From Vicugna vicugna (lineage: Eukaryota): a stretch of DNA of 64,000 bases. Of the stretch, positions 62,230 through 64,000 are shown one piece after another. The stretch covers positions 11,265,009 to 11,329,008 of the forward strand of contig MU058781.1 of assembly GCA_013265495.1 (NCBI GenBank). The letters are read 5' to 3'. A program made the translations under genes and the position numbers. Under the pieces are notes generated by a model, which was given only the letters and a program-made list of their open reading frames with translations, did not search any database and had not been told where the DNA came from. Every line of letters begins with the position of its first letter. Position 1 is the stretch's first letter.

Positions 62230-63660
62230 AACATTCATTCATCTGTCAGATATTTTCTGAGCACCTGCTATATGCCATGCGCTGGTGGAGGTGCTTGGAA
62301 TACAGCAGTCAAGAAAAGAAAGATTCCTGCCCTCGTGGAGTTCACTTGGGGTTGAGGGGCAGAGGGGAGATCTAATTTATAAATGAGATGTGTCTAAACA
62401 AGTAAGTATGTGACAAGTGACGAATGCTATGAGGGAAGAGAGGCAGAGCTGGCTAAGAGGATCAGGGGCCAGATGCAGTGTTAGCAATGTGGGCCGGGGT
62501 ATTAGTTTGCTAGGGCTGCTGTAACCAAGTATCACAGACCAGGTGGCTAGAATAAAAGAAATTTCTTGTCTCACAGTTCTGGAAGCTAGAAATCCAAGAT
62601 CAAAGTATCAGCAGAGTTGGTTTCTTCTGAGGCCTGTCCCACCTTGGTTTGTAGATGGTCATTTTCCCCCTATTTTCACACGGTCTCCCCTCTACCTGGA
62701 GGTGCCCTAATCCCTTCTGGTCAAGACACCAGTCATCCTGGAGTCGTTAAGACCCTCCCTTATGACTTCACTTAACCTTAATAACCTCCTTCAGGACCCT
62801 CTCTTCTAGTGCAGTCACATTCTGAGGTGCTGGGGGTTACTTGAATTTGGGAGAGACACTCAGACTCTAACATCAGGGTAGGCCTCACTGAGGAAGAGAT
62901 GCAAAGACCAAAGGCGGCCATGGAGTTCAGCTGGAGCAAAAATCCTGAGTCAGGTGCACGCATGACGCATTTGAAGAACAGCAAGGAGGCCTGTGAGCAG
63001 AGTGGGCTGACAAAGGGAACAGGTCACAGGCGGAGGTCATAGACAATGGAACCCGCAGCTGGATGGAGCGGGCATATAGACATTCTAAGGACCAGGTGGG
63101 GTTCTACTTAGAACGAGGCAGGGTTCCATTTCAGGGCCGAAGCAGAGATCTCTAGCTTGCACTGTGAAAGGATGCTCTGGCCACAGTGCTGAGGATAGAT
63201 TGCAGGAGGGGCTGTGGTAGGAGCCCAGAGACAGTCAGGAGGCTATTCAGGTGGGAGATGAGGACGGCTTGAACTAGAGTGGTAGCCGTGGAGGTGGTTA
63301 GGAGTGTTCTGATAAAGGATGTATTTTGAAGGTAGAGGCAACTGGATTCCCTGACAGATTATTACAGACAAAGTGAGAGAAAGACAGAACTCAACAATGA
63401 CCCCAGGGCTTTTGGCCAGAGCCCCTGGAAGGAAGGAGTGATCATCTACTGAGATGGGTGAGGGTGTGAGAGGAGCAGCACTGGGGTGAGAAATCGGAGC
63501 TCAGCTTTGAACACGCCGAGTCTGAGATGTCTGTTAGATACTCAAGTGAGGCTGTCAGGTAGGCAATTGACTACTTGGGCCTGGAGCTTAAAAGTGTGGG
63601 AGTCACACGTGTGCATTTACAGCCGTGGGGAATGAGTTCACGGGAAGGGAGAGCATCAAG
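62230..63660. mobile_element. L2 LINE relic in ALDH5A1 intron 1
   Basis: CATTCATTCA...TGAGCACCTGCTATATGCCA L2 end motif and a downstream G/A-rich L2-like body. Confidence 0.65.
62497..62872 (-). mobile_element. MaLR (MLT1-like) solo LTR nested in the L2
   Basis: Reverse-orientation homologue of 19283-19659 (TATTAGTTTGCTAGGGCTGC; CTCACAGTTCTGGAAGCTAGAA). Confidence 0.85.
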
Positions 63661-64000
63661 GATGACCCCTGGGGCCTCTGGAGTCATCTTGGGACCCCAC
63701 GAAGGCCCCTAGCGTCTGCCTGCCGTGGGCGGGTGTTACCGGTGTCCAGGAGCTCTTCCAGCCACGTCTCCGGTTCAGTGGTGATTTGTAGCGCTGGGCT
63801 GGTGTTGGGACCTGTCCCTGCTACAGGCACCGTCCCCTGCTGTTCAGTTCACACCTCCCATCCTAATGGCTCCGACCCTTGTACATTGATGTGAAATCAG
63901 CATGTGTCTTAGAAGAGCTTGGGTCTTCTCTGGTACCTTACTAAGGAGGAGGCAGGATCGAGTTTCCCTAGGAAACCGGCTCCCCCTCTGCAGCTTGGAT

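Noticed and set aside
1..64000. A novel multi-gene system among the short ORFs of the track
   Set aside because: The ORFs I could interpret are exon read-throughs of the three known genes or repeat fragments; the rest are short and show no coding features.

Overview
Mammalian genomic DNA, most likely camelid judging by its tRNA-Ala-derived SINEs, covering the conserved MRS2 - GPLD1 - ALDH5A1 block. It holds the last two coding exons of MRS2 (+, 4703-5483), a complete 25-exon GPLD1 gene (-, ATG 56121 to TAA 11732; 2529 nt, 842 aa, all introns GT-AG and in phase), and coding exon 1 of ALDH5A1 (+, 61184-61495) in a CpG island. The rest is intronic or intergenic and rich in L1, SINE, LTR and DNA-transposon relics. 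I found no new biological system. The best leads are a ~2 kb ORF-less mosaic L1, SINEs inserted into GPLD1 splice signals, a solo LTR pointing at the GPLD1 promoter, and lineage-specific GPLD1 changes. Orthologue comparisons and repeat family names come from recall, not from database searches.
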